From an uncultured Bordetella sp. (GTDB lineage: Bacteria; Pseudomonadota; Gammaproteobacteria; Burkholderiales; JACQAP01): a DNA stretch of 57,352 bases. This document shows, piece after piece, positions 44,904 to 54,783 of this stretch (position 1 is the first letter of the stretch; the number at the start of each line of letters is the position of its first letter). The stretch is from contig CAYODB010000001.1 of NCBI GenBank assembly GCA_964402495.1, forward strand, positions 687 through 58,038, read 5' to 3'. Made by a program: the position numbers and the translations under genes. The notes below the pieces were generated by a model that did no database searches, was not told the origin of the DNA, and saw nothing but the letters and a program-made list of their open reading frames with translations.

Positions 44904-46666
44904 GCCGCTGCCTCGCCGCCCACCATCGCACGGGCCGTCACCGGAATCACCGCACAAACCGTCACGCCCTGACCGGGGCGCGTCTCGATGCTGAAGTCGC
45001 CGTCGAACGCCTGCACCCGCTCGCGCATGCCCAGCAGTCCATATCGCGCCGAATCCCGGTCGCCTTCCTGCGCCAGGCCCTTGCCGTCATCCCGCACCGT
45101 GACCCTGACCACATCGCCGCGCGCGACATCCTGGGCGCGCGACACCAGGACTTCAACACTCCTGGCCGCCGCGTGGCGAACGACATTCGTGAGGCACTCC
45201 TGGACGATCCGGTAGATCGTGATATTGACAGACTCGCCCAGACCTTCCACTTCGCCTTCCATTTTGAGCTCACAGGCGATTTCGGGATGCCGCGCGCGCC
45301 AGGCGGATACCGCGTCGTGCAGCGTCTCGCTCAACCCCAGGTGGTCGAGGGCGGTCGGCCGCAACTGTCGGATGATGCCATGCACGACGTCGTACAGCCG
45401 CGAGGCAATCGAAACGATGGTCTGCGCATTCGAATAAATCTCCGGCGCCGATTCGTTCGTGCGATTGGAAATCGCCGTGCCGATGGTCTTGATGGCCGTG
45501 ATGCATTGACCCAGCTCATCGTGCAGTTCCCTGGCGATCGCACGCCGCTCCTCTTCCAGCCGGCTCTGGATCAGTTGCGTGAGTTTGCGGTTTTGCTCGA
45601 GGTCGCGTTCGGCTTGCTGCGCGAGTTTGTGCTCCGTAATGTCGCGCATGCTGCAGATCTCGCCAATTACGCGGTCGCCGTCCGGCTCGACCAGGGGCGC
45701 GGCGGACAATGCAACATCCACCACCCGGCCGTCACGGGTCAGGCGCTGGGTTTCCTGTATGTCGATCACCTTGCGGCCCTTGACGACTTCCAGGTTCTCC
45801 GCGATTTCGCCGCGCCGCTCAGGAGGCGCCAGCAGTGTCGCGGATCGCCCGACAATCTGGTCGGTGGTGTAGCCGAACATGCGTTCGGCCGCCGGGTTCC
45901 AGAACGAGATCCTGCCTTCGAGGTCGTGAATGATGATGGCGTCGCTGGACTGCCTCGCCACCAGCGCAAGGCGCCGATTTTCCGCCAGGCTTTCCTCCAG
46001 CGTTTGCGCCATTCGATTGAAGATATGCCCTATCGCCTCGAACTCCGGCAAACTGAAACCCGGCAAGCGGGTATCCAGGCGCCCCTGCTCCATCTGCGAG
46101 AGACCGCCCAGGATGGTGCCGATCGGCCGCAGCGAACGGCCGAGAATCCAGAACACCACGACGTTTACCAGAACAAAGAAACCCAGCACGAGCCAGAAAA
46201 AATTCTTCAAGTCATCCCAGGCGTCGAGGATCGCGCGCGACGGATCGGGTGTGATCAACACCGTGCCTCCCGGAAGGTTGAGCCGGAACTCGCCGAGGCC
46301 GGGATTCACCACTGTGGCGAACCAGCGCGGCGCCCAGCGTCCCTGCTTGTAACTCGATGGCGGCGAAGTGTGGATCAGCCTGTCGTTCTCGTCGTACATC
46401 CTGATTTCGTTGGCGCGCACGCGGCCCACGCGCTGCAGGAACGAGAGCAGCGTCTTGTAATGCGATCCGTCGGCAGCTTGCGGTTCGGTATTAGCGATCA
46501 CGGTCTCCAGCAACTGCACCGTGACCCGGGTTCCCGCTTCCATTTCCTCACGTACGGCGTTGCGCGTTTCCTTGATCAGCAGATTGCCCGTGGCGATGGT
46601 GAAAACCGCGATCACCAGGGTGATGACCAGGTTCATGCGGAATCGCAGGCTCAGGCTCTTGAGCAT
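44900..46666 (-). CDS. sensor histidine kinase (TM-HAMP-PAS-HisKA_3-HATPase)
   Basis: Start at MLKSLSLRF. Two TMS, a PAS domain (SDAIIIHDLEGRISFWNPAAERMFGY), H-box ARELHDELGQ, and an ATPase C-terminus. Confidence 0.85.
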   Translation of the reverse strand: MLKSLSLRFRMNLVITLVIAVFTIATGNLLIKETRNAVREEMEAGTRVTVQLLETVIANTEPQAADGSHYKTLLSFLQRVGRVRANEIRMYDENDRLIHTSPPSSYKQGRWAPRWFATVVNPGLGEFRLNLPGGTVLITPDPSRAILDAWDDLKNFFWLVLGFFVLVNVVVFWILGRSLRPIGTILGGLSQMEQGRLDTRLPGFSLPEFEAIGHIFNRMAQTLEESLAENRRLALVARQSSDAIIIHDLEGRISFWNPAAERMFGYTTDQIVGRSATLLAPPERRGEIAENLEVVKGRKVIDIQETQRLTRDGRVVDVALSAAPLVEPDGDRVIGEICSMRDITEHKLAQQAERDLEQNRKLTQLIQSRLEEERRAIARELHDELGQCITAIKTIGTAISNRTNESAPEIYSNAQTIVSIASRLYDVVHGIIRQLRPTALDHLGLSETLHDAVSAWRARHPEIACELKMEGEVEGLGESVNITIYRIVQECLTNVVRHAAARSVEVLVSRAQDVARGDVVRVTVRDDGKGLAQEGDRDSARYGLLGMRERVQAFDGDFSIETRPGQGVTVCAVIPVTARAMVGGEAAA

Positions 46667-46671
46667 GTTTT

Positions 46672-47631
46672 TCAGGCGAGCAGCGACTGCATGCGCCTGG
46701 CCGCAGCGCAAAGGCGCGAGGCAATGGCAGGCTGGGAAGCGGAGTGCCCGCCGCCGGCGACCATTTGCAGATCGGCCAGCGGCAGGCGTTCCGCTACCGC
46801 AACGGCTGCTGCCGGGGGGCAGATCATGTCCATCCGCCCCTGCACGATGACCGCGGGGAACGCGGCGATACGCCAGAGATTGTCGAGCAGTTCGCCCGGG
46901 CGCAGGAAGCAGTCGTTGACCAGATAGTGCAATTGCACGCGGGCACGTGCCAACAGTTCGTCCGCCGGAGGGGCTCCGGTATCCGCCGACAGGTCGCCGG
47001 AACCCATCATCCTGGCCTCGTAGTCGTACCATTTCCGGGCCGCGGACAACGCGGTCGCGGCATCAGGATGGCCGACGAGTTGATGATAACGGGCCAGTGG
47101 CTGAGAGCCCGCGTCGGCGGTGAACTCCGCCCAGGCTTCGGGAATAAAGCGGCGCATCCCGGAAAGATACCACTGGATTTCGTCCGGACTGCCCAGGAAT
47201 ACGCCACGCAGAATCATGCCGGCGACGGCTTCAGGGTGGGCAATCGCGTATGCCAGCGCCAGGGTGCTGCCCCAGGAACCGCCGAACAGGAGCCAGCGCT
47301 GTACGCCCAGGCTCCGGCGCAGTTGTTCGACATCGGCAACGAGATGCTGGGTGGTATTGGCAACAATGAATCCTGCGGGAGTAGACAGCCCGCAGCCGCG
47401 CTGGTCGAAGAGAATGATGCGGTAGAACTGCGGATCAAAGAAACGGCGGTGGGCCGGGCGGGTACGGCTGCCGGGTCCGCCGTGAAGGAACAGCACTGGA
47501 AAACCGCGCGCATTGCCGCTTTCCTCGAAATAGATGCGATGGCCCGCATCCATCACCAGCCAGTCCTTGCGATAAGGCTCGATCTCGGGGAAAAACGCCT
47601 CGCCCGCGGATGGATCTGGATCCACGTTCAT
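46672..47631 (-). CDS. pip: prolyl aminopeptidase (proline iminopeptidase)
   Basis: VLFLHGGPG, FDQRGCGLSTP and GGSWGSTLALAYA are canonical Pip motifs. Confidence 0.9.
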   Translation of the reverse strand: MNVDPDPSAGEAFFPEIEPYRKDWLVMDAGHRIYFEESGNARGFPVLFLHGGPGSRTRPAHRRFFDPQFYRIILFDQRGCGLSTPAGFIVANTTQHLVADVEQLRRSLGVQRWLLFGGSWGSTLALAYAIAHPEAVAGMILRGVFLGSPDEIQWYLSGMRRFIPEAWAEFTADAGSQPLARYHQLVGHPDAATALSAARKWYDYEARMMGSGDLSADTGAPPADELLARARVQLHYLVNDCFLRPGELLDNLWRIAAFPAVIVQGRMDMICPPAAAVAVAERLPLADLQMVAGGGHSASQPAIASRLCAAARRMQSLLA

Positions 47632-47648
47632 ACCGCCTTGCGGAAACT

Positions 47649-48812
47649 TCAGGAGTCCTGCAGTTTGAAAACGATGGGGACGCGAACGGTGCGCGCTGTG
47701 CCGCGCAGACCTTCCGGGGCGCGCGGCAAGGGTGAGGCGCGACGAACCATGTTGAGGGCGGCTTCGTCCAGGATGTCCCGACCGCTGCTTTCGATGATCG
47801 AGATATCCTTCACCTTGCCGTCGGCGGACAGGCTGAGTCCGACAACGGCGGTGCCCTGCCAGCCCTGGCGTCTGGCGCGATCGGGATACTTCTCATGACG
47901 CTTGATCAGGTCGGCGAGGCTTTTCTCGTAGCTGCTTGTGAGAGTACGCTCGGCGGCCGGCTCCGTTCTCGCCGCCTGGACAGGCGGTGCTGGAGCAACG
48001 ACGGCAGGCGCCTGCACGCTCGCCTGCGGAACCGCGGGCTGGGGAGCATCCCTCTGCGGCGGCGTGACCGCTGCGATTTGCGGCTGGACAGTGGGCGCCG
48101 GTTGCGGCGGCGGCGCGACACGCGGCACAGGAGACTCGGGCTGGGGAGCATGCTTCTGCGGCGGAGTTACCGCTGCGATCTGCGGCTGGACAGTGAGCGC
48201 CGGTTGCGGCGGCGGCGCGACACGCGGCACAGGAGACTCGGGCTGGACTTGCGCACGGGGTTCCAGGTTCGGCGCTGGTTGCGGGACGGGTTTTGGCACC
48301 ACGACCGGATCCGGTCGCTGCTCGGGCCGCGGAATCATCTGGATGACCTCGGTCTTGGGCGCAGGCGGCACATCAGGCGCCGGTTGACGAACCACAGGCT
48401 CCGGTGAGCGCACCACAGGGTCCGGTGGGGACACTACGGGCTCGGGCTGCCGGACCTTCGGCTCCGGCCGTATTGCCGGTTTCTCTAGCACCGGCGGCGG
48501 CGCCAATGGTTCGGCCACCGGCGGCGGCAATGGTTCGACCACCGGTGGCGCCTGCACCACCTCGGGCCTGAGTTCCGGCTGGCGCCTGACGGGGGCCGGC
48601 ACGACGGGCTGCGGCAGTTCCTCCTTCAGGATTTCGACGTTGAGCACCTGGGGAACTTCAATGACGACCGCACGGAATCCCGGCACAGCCGCGATGAGCG
48701 CCGCGTGGACAAGCAACGACCCCACGAGCGCGACCTTGAACGGCCGTTCGCGGTACCACCCCGTCAGGGGCGAGGGATAAAATCCCCCCTGGTCGAGCGC
48801 AATGTCAGTCAT
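47649..48812 (-). CDS. tonB: TonB-family energy transducer with an extended Pro-rich spacer
   Basis: N-terminal TM (ALVGSLLVHAALIAAV), about 240 aa of Pro-rich repeats, and a C-terminal TonB domain (YPDRARRQGWQGTAVVGLSLSADGKV...PLP). Confidence 0.85.
   Translation of the reverse strand: MTDIALDQGGFYPSPLTGWYRERPFKVALVGSLLVHAALIAAVPGFRAVVIEVPQVLNVEILKEELPQPVVPAPVRRQPELRPEVVQAPPVVEPLPPPVAEPLAPPPVLEKPAIRPEPKVRQPEPVVSPPDPVVRSPEPVVRQPAPDVPPAPKTEVIQMIPRPEQRPDPVVVPKPVPQPAPNLEPRAQVQPESPVPRVAPPPQPALTVQPQIAAVTPPQKHAPQPESPVPRVAPPPQPAPTVQPQIAAVTPPQRDAPQPAVPQASVQAPAVVAPAPPVQAARTEPAAERTLTSSYEKSLADLIKRHEKYPDRARRQGWQGTAVVGLSLSADGKVKDISIIESSGRDILDEAALNMVRRASPLPRAPEGLRGTARTVRVPIVFKLQDS
48038..48241. repeat. 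2 x 102-bp tandem duplication inside tonB
   Basis: Units starting gggctggggagcat at 48038 and 48140. They encode PQPESPVPRVAPPPQPA(L/P)TVQPQIAAVTPPQ(KH/RD)A twice. Confidence 0.8.
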
Positions 48813-48862
48813 GGTTGAAGGTTAGTGCAAGCACTTGAGACAAGTAAAGTTTCACTGCCAAA

Positions 48863-48879
48863 CTCATGATAATCATGAG
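48863..48879. promoter_or_regulatory. perfect palindrome resembling a Fur box in the tonB/pqqA divergent region
   Basis: CTCATGATAATCATGAG contains ATGATAATCAT, the centre of the GATAATGATAATCATTATC consensus. It lies about 50 nt upstream of the tonB start. Confidence 0.45.
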
Positions 48880-49040
48880 ACTCAATTGGTGATTTGCCTG
48901 TGTGTCCAGCGGGCTTCATTACGCACAATGAGTGCGGCTCACAGGATCAAAGATTGGGGCAGCGCGGCCGCCTGCAACACCCCGATCCCGTGAATCGGCA
49001 AGTAGCGCACTGCAACTTCAATCATCATGGAGGAATCATC

Positions 49041-49112
49041 ATGTGGACAAAGCCCGAGTACACCGAAATGCGTTTCGGTTTTGAAGTCACGATGTACATC
49101 GCCAACCGCTAA
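49041..49112 (+). CDS. pqqA: PQQ precursor peptide PqqA (operon copy)
   Basis: [32 protein letters not shown]. Confidence 0.9.
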   Translation: MWTKPEYTEMRFGFEVTMYIANR

Positions 49113-49131
49113 ATTGGCGGAGCGGTGAACG

Positions 49132-49159
49132 AAAGCCCCGCACTGGGGCTTTTGTTTTT
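49132..49159 (+). terminator. stem-loop with T-run between pqqA and pqqB (attenuating terminator)
   Basis: aaagccccgcactggggcttttgttttt. Confidence 0.7.
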
Positions 49160-49213
49160 ATTGCAGTTCGATTCTGGGTGTTTCGGAATCGGTTTTGAAC
49201 AAAGAGAGATGCA

Positions 49214-50128
49214 ATGAGAATAAGGGTTCTGGGCGCCGCAGCAGGCGGGGGCTTCCCGCAGTGGAACTGCAACTGCCGTCTTTGCGACGGCGTGCGCAAA
49301 GGCAGCATTCGCGCAACGGCACGCACCCAGTCGTCCATCGCCGTGAGCGGTGACGGCGTGAACTGGATCCTGTTCAACGCCTCCCCCGATTTTCTGGCGC
49401 AGTACAAGAGCTTTCCCGAATTGCAGCCGGCGCGCGGCATTCGCGATACGGCGATCCGGTCGATCGTCCTGATGGATGCCCAGATCGATCACACCACCGG
49501 GCTGCTGATGCTGCGCGAGGGCAAGCCGCTCGAGATCTATTGCACCAACATGGTCCGCGAGGACCTCACCACCGGCAATCCGCTGTTCAACATCCTCGGC
49601 CACTATTGCGGCGTGAACTGGCACCAATTACCGACGGCGCCCGGGAGCTGTTTTCAGGTCATCGGCGCGGAGCAACTTTCCTTCACCGCCGTGCCTCTCA
49701 AAAGCAAGGCGCCGCCCTATTCCCCGCATCGCGACAATCCGCATGAAGGTGACAACATCGGCATGCGCATCACGGATACGCTCTCGGGAAATGTGTTTTT
49801 TTACGCTCCCGGCCTGGGCGAAATCGAGCCCCACCTCAAGCCCTTCCTGGAGGAAGCGGACTGCCTGATGGTGGATGGCACTTTCTGGACCGACGACGAA
49901 ATGATCCGGCTCGGGGTCTCGAAGAAGCATGCCCGCGACATCGGCCACCTGCCGCAGTCGGGCCCGGGTGGAATGATCGAAGTGCTCAGGCCCCTGAAGG
50001 CGGCGCGCAAGGTGCTCATCCACATCAACAACACCAACCCGATACTCGACGAAGATTCCGCGGAGCGGCGTGAACTGTCCGCCGCCGGCCTCGAAGTCGC
50101 GTTCGACGGGATGGACGTGAAGCTCTGA
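49214..50128 (+). CDS. pqqB: PQQ biosynthesis protein B (MBL fold)
   Basis: [24 protein letters not shown]... 304 aa. Confidence 0.95.
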   Translation: MRIRVLGAAAGGGFPQWNCNCRLCDGVRKGSIRATARTQSSIAVSGDGVNWILFNASPDFLAQYKSFPELQPARGIRDTAIRSIVLMDAQIDHTTGLLMLREGKPLEIYCTNMVREDLTTGNPLFNILGHYCGVNWHQLPTAPGSCFQVIGAEQLSFTAVPLKSKAPPYSPHRDNPHEGDNIGMRITDTLSGNVFFYAPGLGEIEPHLKPFLEEADCLMVDGTFWTDDEMIRLGVSKKHARDIGHLPQSGPGGMIEVLRPLKAARKVLIHINNTNPILDEDSAERRELSAAGLEVAFDGMDVKL

Positions 50129-50143
50129 ACGGAGACGAAGAAC

Positions 50144-50863
50144 ATGGGCGGCGCCGACAATTTACCTTGGAACAAGCAGGAATTCGAAGCGCAGCTCCGG
50201 GCCAAGGGCGACCGCTATCACATCCATCATCCCTTCCACGTGGCCATGAACAGCGGCAAGTCCACCCGCGAACAGGTTCAGGGCTGGGTGTACAACCGTT
50301 TCTATTACCAGATCAGCATCCCGATCAAGGATGCCGCCGTGCTGTCCAACATGATCGACCGCGACCAGCGCCGCGAATGGATACTGCGTATCATCGACCA
50401 CGATGGTCAGAAGGGCGAGGAAGGCGGTATCGAGGCCTGGCTGCGCCTGGGCGAGGCCTGTGGCCTCAAGCGCGCGGATATCACGTCGCTCAGGCACGTG
50501 CTCCCCGGTGTCCGGTTTGCGGTGGACGCGTACGTGAATTTCGCCCGGCGCGCGCCCTGGCAGGAAGCGGTCTGCTCGTCGCTGACGGAACTGTTCGCGC
50601 CGGAAATCCACAAGAAACGGCTTGAGGGCTGGCCCCAGTTCTATCCCTGGATAGACAGCGAGGGTTATTCCTATTTCCGCAAGCGGCTTGCGGAAGCGCG
50701 ACGCGATGTGGAGCATGGCCTGCGCGTTACGCTCGACTACTTCAAGACCCGCGAAGAGCAGGAGCGGGCCCTGGGCATCCTGCAGTTCAAGCTCGACGTC
50801 TTATGGAGCATGCTCGACGCCATGCAGATCAACTATGGAATCGGCGAAACGCGCAATGTCTGA
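50144..50863 (+). CDS. pqqC: pyrroloquinoline-quinone synthase
   Basis: [32 protein letters not shown]. 239 aa. Confidence 0.95.
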   Translation: MGGADNLPWNKQEFEAQLRAKGDRYHIHHPFHVAMNSGKSTREQVQGWVYNRFYYQISIPIKDAAVLSNMIDRDQRREWILRIIDHDGQKGEEGGIEAWLRLGEACGLKRADITSLRHVLPGVRFAVDAYVNFARRAPWQEAVCSSLTELFAPEIHKKRLEGWPQFYPWIDSEGYSYFRKRLAEARRDVEHGLRVTLDYFKTREEQERALGILQFKLDVLWSMLDAMQINYGIGETRNV

Positions 50864-51158
50864 GACCGCGAACACGTCGGCGTTCACCGACGATACAGTG
50901 TTCGAGCTGCAGCGCCACTTCCGCTTCCAGTGGGAGCCGGCACAGCAGGGATATGTCCTGTTGTATCCCGAGGGGATGGTGAAGCTTCCCGGCAGTTCGG
51001 GAGAAATCATGAAGCGCATCGACGGCAAGTTGAGCGTGCGCGGAATTCTGGAAGATTTGCAGGCTGCATTCCCCGGCGCCGACCTGCGCGGCGATGTATT
51101 TGGTTTTCTGGAGCACGTCCATGGAAAAGGCTGGATCCGTCCCAAACAAACCGGGTAA
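50856..51158 (+). CDS. pqqD: PQQ biosynthesis peptide chaperone PqqD
   Basis: The ATG overlaps the pqqC stop by 8 nt. [36 protein letters not shown]. Confidence 0.85.
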   Translation: MSETANTSAFTDDTVFELQRHFRFQWEPAQQGYVLLYPEGMVKLPGSSGEIMKRIDGKLSVRGILEDLQAAFPGADLRGDVFGFLEHVHGKGWIRPKQTG

Positions 51159-52299
51159 TCCGCTCTGGCTGCTGGCCGAGATCACGTACAAGTGCCCGCT
51201 GCACTGCGTGTTCTGCTACAACCCGGTCGACTACACCAATTACGGGCAGGAGCTCTCGACAGACGACTGGCTGCGGGTACTGCGCCAGGGCCGCGAGCTC
51301 GGCGCCACGCAACTGGGTTTCTCCGGCGGCGAACCGCTGATGCGCGACGACCTCGAAGTGCTGGTCCGGGAAGCGCGCACCCTGGGTTACTACTCCAACC
51401 TGATTACGTCGGGCGTCGGACTCAGCGAAAAGCGCATTGCCGCGTTCAAGGAAGGCGGCCTGGACCACATCCAGCTTTCCTTCCAGGATTCGACGCGCGA
51501 GCTGAACGATTTCCTGTCGAGCACCAAAACCTTCGACCTCAAGCAGAAGGTCGCGAAACTCATCAAGCAGTACGACTATCCGATGGTGCTGAACTGCGTG
51601 CTTCACCGGCACAACATCGACCACGTCCAGCAGATCCTGGAGATGGCCGAGGCCATGGACGCGGAATACGTGGAGCTGGCCAACACCCAGTACTACGGCT
51701 GGGCTTACGTGAACCGCGATCAGTTGCTGCCGACGCGGGAACAGCTCAAGCGCGCCGAGGAAGTCACCAACCGCTTCCGCGAGCGTATCGGCAACAAGAT
51801 GAAAATATTCTTCGTCGTGCCGGATTATTACGAAGAGCGGCCGAAGGCGTGCATGAACGGCTGGGGCGCGCTGTTCCTCACGGTCACCTCCGACGGCCTC
51901 GCGCTGCCCTGCCATGAGGCGCGCCAGCTTCCCGGACTGAGTTTCCCGAACGTGCGTGACCATGACCTGCGCTGGATCTGGTATGACTCGCCCGGTTTCA
52001 ACCAGTATCGTGGCGATGGCTGGATGAAAGAGCCGTGCCGTTCCTGTCCGGAGAAAGTCAAGGACTTCGGCGGCTGCCGCTGCCAGGCCTACATGCTCAC
52101 CGGCGATGCGGCCAACGCCGATCCGGTATGCAGTTTGTCACCGCACCACAAGCTGGTCACCGACGTGGTCGACAAGGCGCAGAATCCTGTCGCTGCCACC
52201 GTCGAAGTGAAACCCATCCTGTTCCGGGATGACAAGAACTCGCGTGCCCTGAGCAAGGCTGGCGCCAACAAGCCCGACCTCAGCAAAACACCCGCCTGA
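51121..52299 (+). CDS. pqqE: PQQ biosynthesis radical-SAM/SPASM enzyme PqqE
   Basis: PLWLLAEITYKCPLHCVFCYNP (CxxxCxxC) and a C-terminal SPASM Cys cluster (CRSCPEKVKDFGGCRCQAY). Confidence 0.9.
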   Translation: MEKAGSVPNKPGNPLWLLAEITYKCPLHCVFCYNPVDYTNYGQELSTDDWLRVLRQGRELGATQLGFSGGEPLMRDDLEVLVREARTLGYYSNLITSGVGLSEKRIAAFKEGGLDHIQLSFQDSTRELNDFLSSTKTFDLKQKVAKLIKQYDYPMVLNCVLHRHNIDHVQQILEMAEAMDAEYVELANTQYYGWAYVNRDQLLPTREQLKRAEEVTNRFRERIGNKMKIFFVVPDYYEERPKACMNGWGALFLTVTSDGLALPCHEARQLPGLSFPNVRDHDLRWIWYDSPGFNQYRGDGWMKEPCRSCPEKVKDFGGCRCQAYMLTGDAANADPVCSLSPHHKLVTDVVDKAQNPVAATVEVKPILFRDDKNSRALSKAGANKPDLSKTPA

Positions 52300-52315
52300 T
52301 AAAATCCCGCGCACC

Positions 52316-53248
52316 ATGAACCAGGCGTCCGCTCCGCCGCTGGCCGTCCGCGCGCGTGGACTCGTCAAGCGTTACGGCGAGGTTCTCGCCGTGAACGGCC
52401 TCGACCTTGACATTCCGTCCGGCCAGTTCTTCGGGCTCCTCGGTCCCAACGGCTCGGGCAAGACTTCCACCATCCACATGCTCGCCACGCTGATCCGGCC
52501 GAACGGCGGAAGCGCGGCCGTTGCGGACCATGATGTCGTGCGGGATCCGGTCAGGGTGCGGGGCTCGATCGGCCTGGTGTTCCAGGATTCCGCGCTCGAC
52601 CGCACGCTTTCAGTCGCGGAGAACCTGCGCTTCGCCGGACTGCTGCATAACCTGGCTCCCTCGGTGATCGAGGAGCGTGCCGCTCCATTGCTCGACATGT
52701 TCGGCCTCGCCGACAAGCGCCGGCAGCCGGTCGGTACGTTATCGGGCGGCATGCGCCGGGCGCTGGACATCGTGCGCGGGTTGATCCATCACCCGAAAAT
52801 CCTGTTCCTCGACGAACCGACCATCGGCCTCGACCTGCCAAACCGGCGCAAGATCTGGCGCTTCATTGAAAAACTGCGCGCCCAGACCGGCATGACCGTA
52901 CTGCTTACCACGCACTATCTGGAGGAAGCCGATGGCTGCGACCGGGTAGCATTCATCAGGGGGGGCAAACTGGTGCAGGCCGGGCCGCCACGCGAACTCA
53001 TCGATCAGCTCGGCAAGTATGTGGTGGAGATCGAAAGCGACGATCCCGCCGCATTGGCAGCGCGTCTCGCGCCGGTGCTGGGCAATGGACTGAAAGACGG
53101 CGACACCGTTCATTTCCGCTATGCCGATGAAGATGTATCCCGACTGGCGGAGCTGCAATCCGGCCTCGGGCCGCTGGTCCGTGCATTGCGCTGGCGGCGG
53201 CCCAATCTGAACGACGTCTTTCTCTGGGTGGCGGAAGGCAGGGCCTGA
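52316..53248 (+). CDS. ABC transporter ATP-binding protein (ABC-2/DrrA-like exporter type)
   Basis: Walker A GPNGSGKTS, signature LSGGMRR, Walker B ILFLDEPT. Begins 17 nt after pqqE. Confidence 0.9.
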   Translation: MNQASAPPLAVRARGLVKRYGEVLAVNGLDLDIPSGQFFGLLGPNGSGKTSTIHMLATLIRPNGGSAAVADHDVVRDPVRVRGSIGLVFQDSALDRTLSVAENLRFAGLLHNLAPSVIEERAAPLLDMFGLADKRRQPVGTLSGGMRRALDIVRGLIHHPKILFLDEPTIGLDLPNRRKIWRFIEKLRAQTGMTVLLTTHYLEEADGCDRVAFIRGGKLVQAGPPRELIDQLGKYVVEIESDDPAALAARLAPVLGNGLKDGDTVHFRYADEDVSRLAELQSGLGPLVRALRWRRPNLNDVFLWVAEGRA

Positions 53249-53249
53249 C

Positions 53250-54056
53250 ATGCACTGGCGTCCCGTATACGCGGTCCTGGAACGCGAAGTCGTGCGCATG
53301 ATGCGCCAGCGCACGCGCTTGCTGTCGGCCATGGTGCGGCCCCTGATCTGGCTGTTCGTCATCGGCGCCGGTTTCGGCGCGGTACTGGACCAGCCGGGCG
53401 TGAACTACCAGCAGTTCCTGATACCGGGCGTGCTCGGCATGACCATGCTGTTCGGGGCGATGCTGGCGGCGCTGACGATGGTGTACGACAAGGAATCGGG
53501 CGTGATGCGCATGCTGATCATCGCGCCCTTTGCCCACTACTGGATCGTGGTCGCCAAATTGCTGGCGGCAGCGCTTGCCGCGATCATTCAGGCCTTGCTG
53601 TTGCTGGTATTGCTGGCCGCGCTGGGCTACCTCACCGCCGACACGCGATTCGGCCTGCTTGCTGCGGCTCTGGTGATGACTTCACTGGCCTGCGGCGGAA
53701 TCGGCATGCTGGTCGCGGCGTTTACCCGCACGCTCGACAACTTCGCCGCCATCATGAATTTCGTGATCTTCCCGGTGTTCTTCCTGTCCGGATCGCTGTA
53801 TCCCGTGAGCCGGCTGCCGGCGGCGCTCAAATTCGTGGCATTGGCCAACCCCTATACCTATGGGGTCGACCTGCTGAAGCATGCCGTCAGCGACAAGCTG
53901 CCGGTGGGCATGGGGGCGGACTTTGGAGTGGGACTGGACTTTCTGGTTCTGGCCGGCTTTTCAGCCGCGGCGCTGATCATCGCGAGCTGGCGTTTCTCCC
54001 GAGAGAGCGCTTATGAACCGATGATCCACATCCTGACCGGTAAGCGCGGCGGCTGA
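53250..54056 (+). CDS. ABC-2 type transporter permease
   Basis: 268 aa, 6 TMS. Starts 2 nt after the ATPase stop. Confidence 0.9.
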   Translation: MHWRPVYAVLEREVVRMMRQRTRLLSAMVRPLIWLFVIGAGFGAVLDQPGVNYQQFLIPGVLGMTMLFGAMLAALTMVYDKESGVMRMLIIAPFAHYWIVVAKLLAAALAAIIQALLLLVLLAALGYLTADTRFGLLAAALVMTSLACGGIGMLVAAFTRTLDNFAAIMNFVIFPVFFLSGSLYPVSRLPAALKFVALANPYTYGVDLLKHAVSDKLPVGMGADFGVGLDFLVLAGFSAAALIIASWRFSRESAYEPMIHILTGKRGG

Positions 54057-54071
54057 CGCCGCCGATACGGC

Positions 54072-54551
54072 TCAGTGGTGATGGCCACCCTCGCCATGGA
54101 CGTGGCCATGGTGAAGCTCTTCGTCGGTGGCCTTGCGCACTCCGGTCACCGTGCAGGAGAACACCAGGGTCTTCCCAGCCAGCGGATGATTGCCGTCGAC
54201 GGACACCTTGTCGTCGCTGATCCTGGTAACGGTGTACACGGTGTGATTGTCCGATCCCTCGGCCGCACCTTCAAACTGCATACCCACGGAGATGTTCTTC
54301 GGAAACAGGTCGCGCGGTTCGTCACGCACCAGGGCTGCATCGTATTCCCCGAACGCTTCGTCCGGCGTCAGCCGCACTTCGCAGGCGTCCCCCGCCAACT
54401 TGCCCTGCAACGCGTTCTCCACCATCGGGAAAATGCCGTCGTAGCCACCGTGAATGTAGGTGATCGGCGCCTTGGTTTTCTCGATCAGCTTGCCTTCCCC
54501 ATCTGACAATTCATAGCTCAGCGACACCACGGTATCTTGACCAATCTGCAT
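54072..54551 (-). CDS. slyD: FKBP-type peptidyl-prolyl isomerase SlyD
   Basis: VVSLSYELSDGEG..., an IF-domain insert, and a His-rich tail HHGHVHGEGGHHH. Confidence 0.9.
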   Translation of the reverse strand: MQIGQDTVVSLSYELSDGEGKLIEKTKAPITYIHGGYDGIFPMVENALQGKLAGDACEVRLTPDEAFGEYDAALVRDEPRDLFPKNISVGMQFEGAAEGSDNHTVYTVTRISDDKVSVDGNHPLAGKTLVFSCTVTGVRKATDEELHHGHVHGEGGHHH

Positions 54552-54783
54552 GCTCGTTCGAACTCCCTGACCAGGTTAATCACATCGGCGCATGCCTGCA
54601 GGCATTGGCACCTTACCAGGCGCGGCGAACCGCCGCTTTTTTCTTCCTGAACTCGTATCCACCAGAACTCGACGGAACCTGAAACGAGAAGGGCTCCGGT
54701 GAGGCCGGCAGCGATTCTAACCGATTTCAAATTGACGCCTTTCCCACGCGCGCCATGCCCGATCTGCGGATAGAATTGCGCGC

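Noticed and set aside
44873-46927. 684-aa plus-strand ORF.
   Set aside because: It is antisense to the histidine kinase and response regulator genes and has no domain-like sequence.
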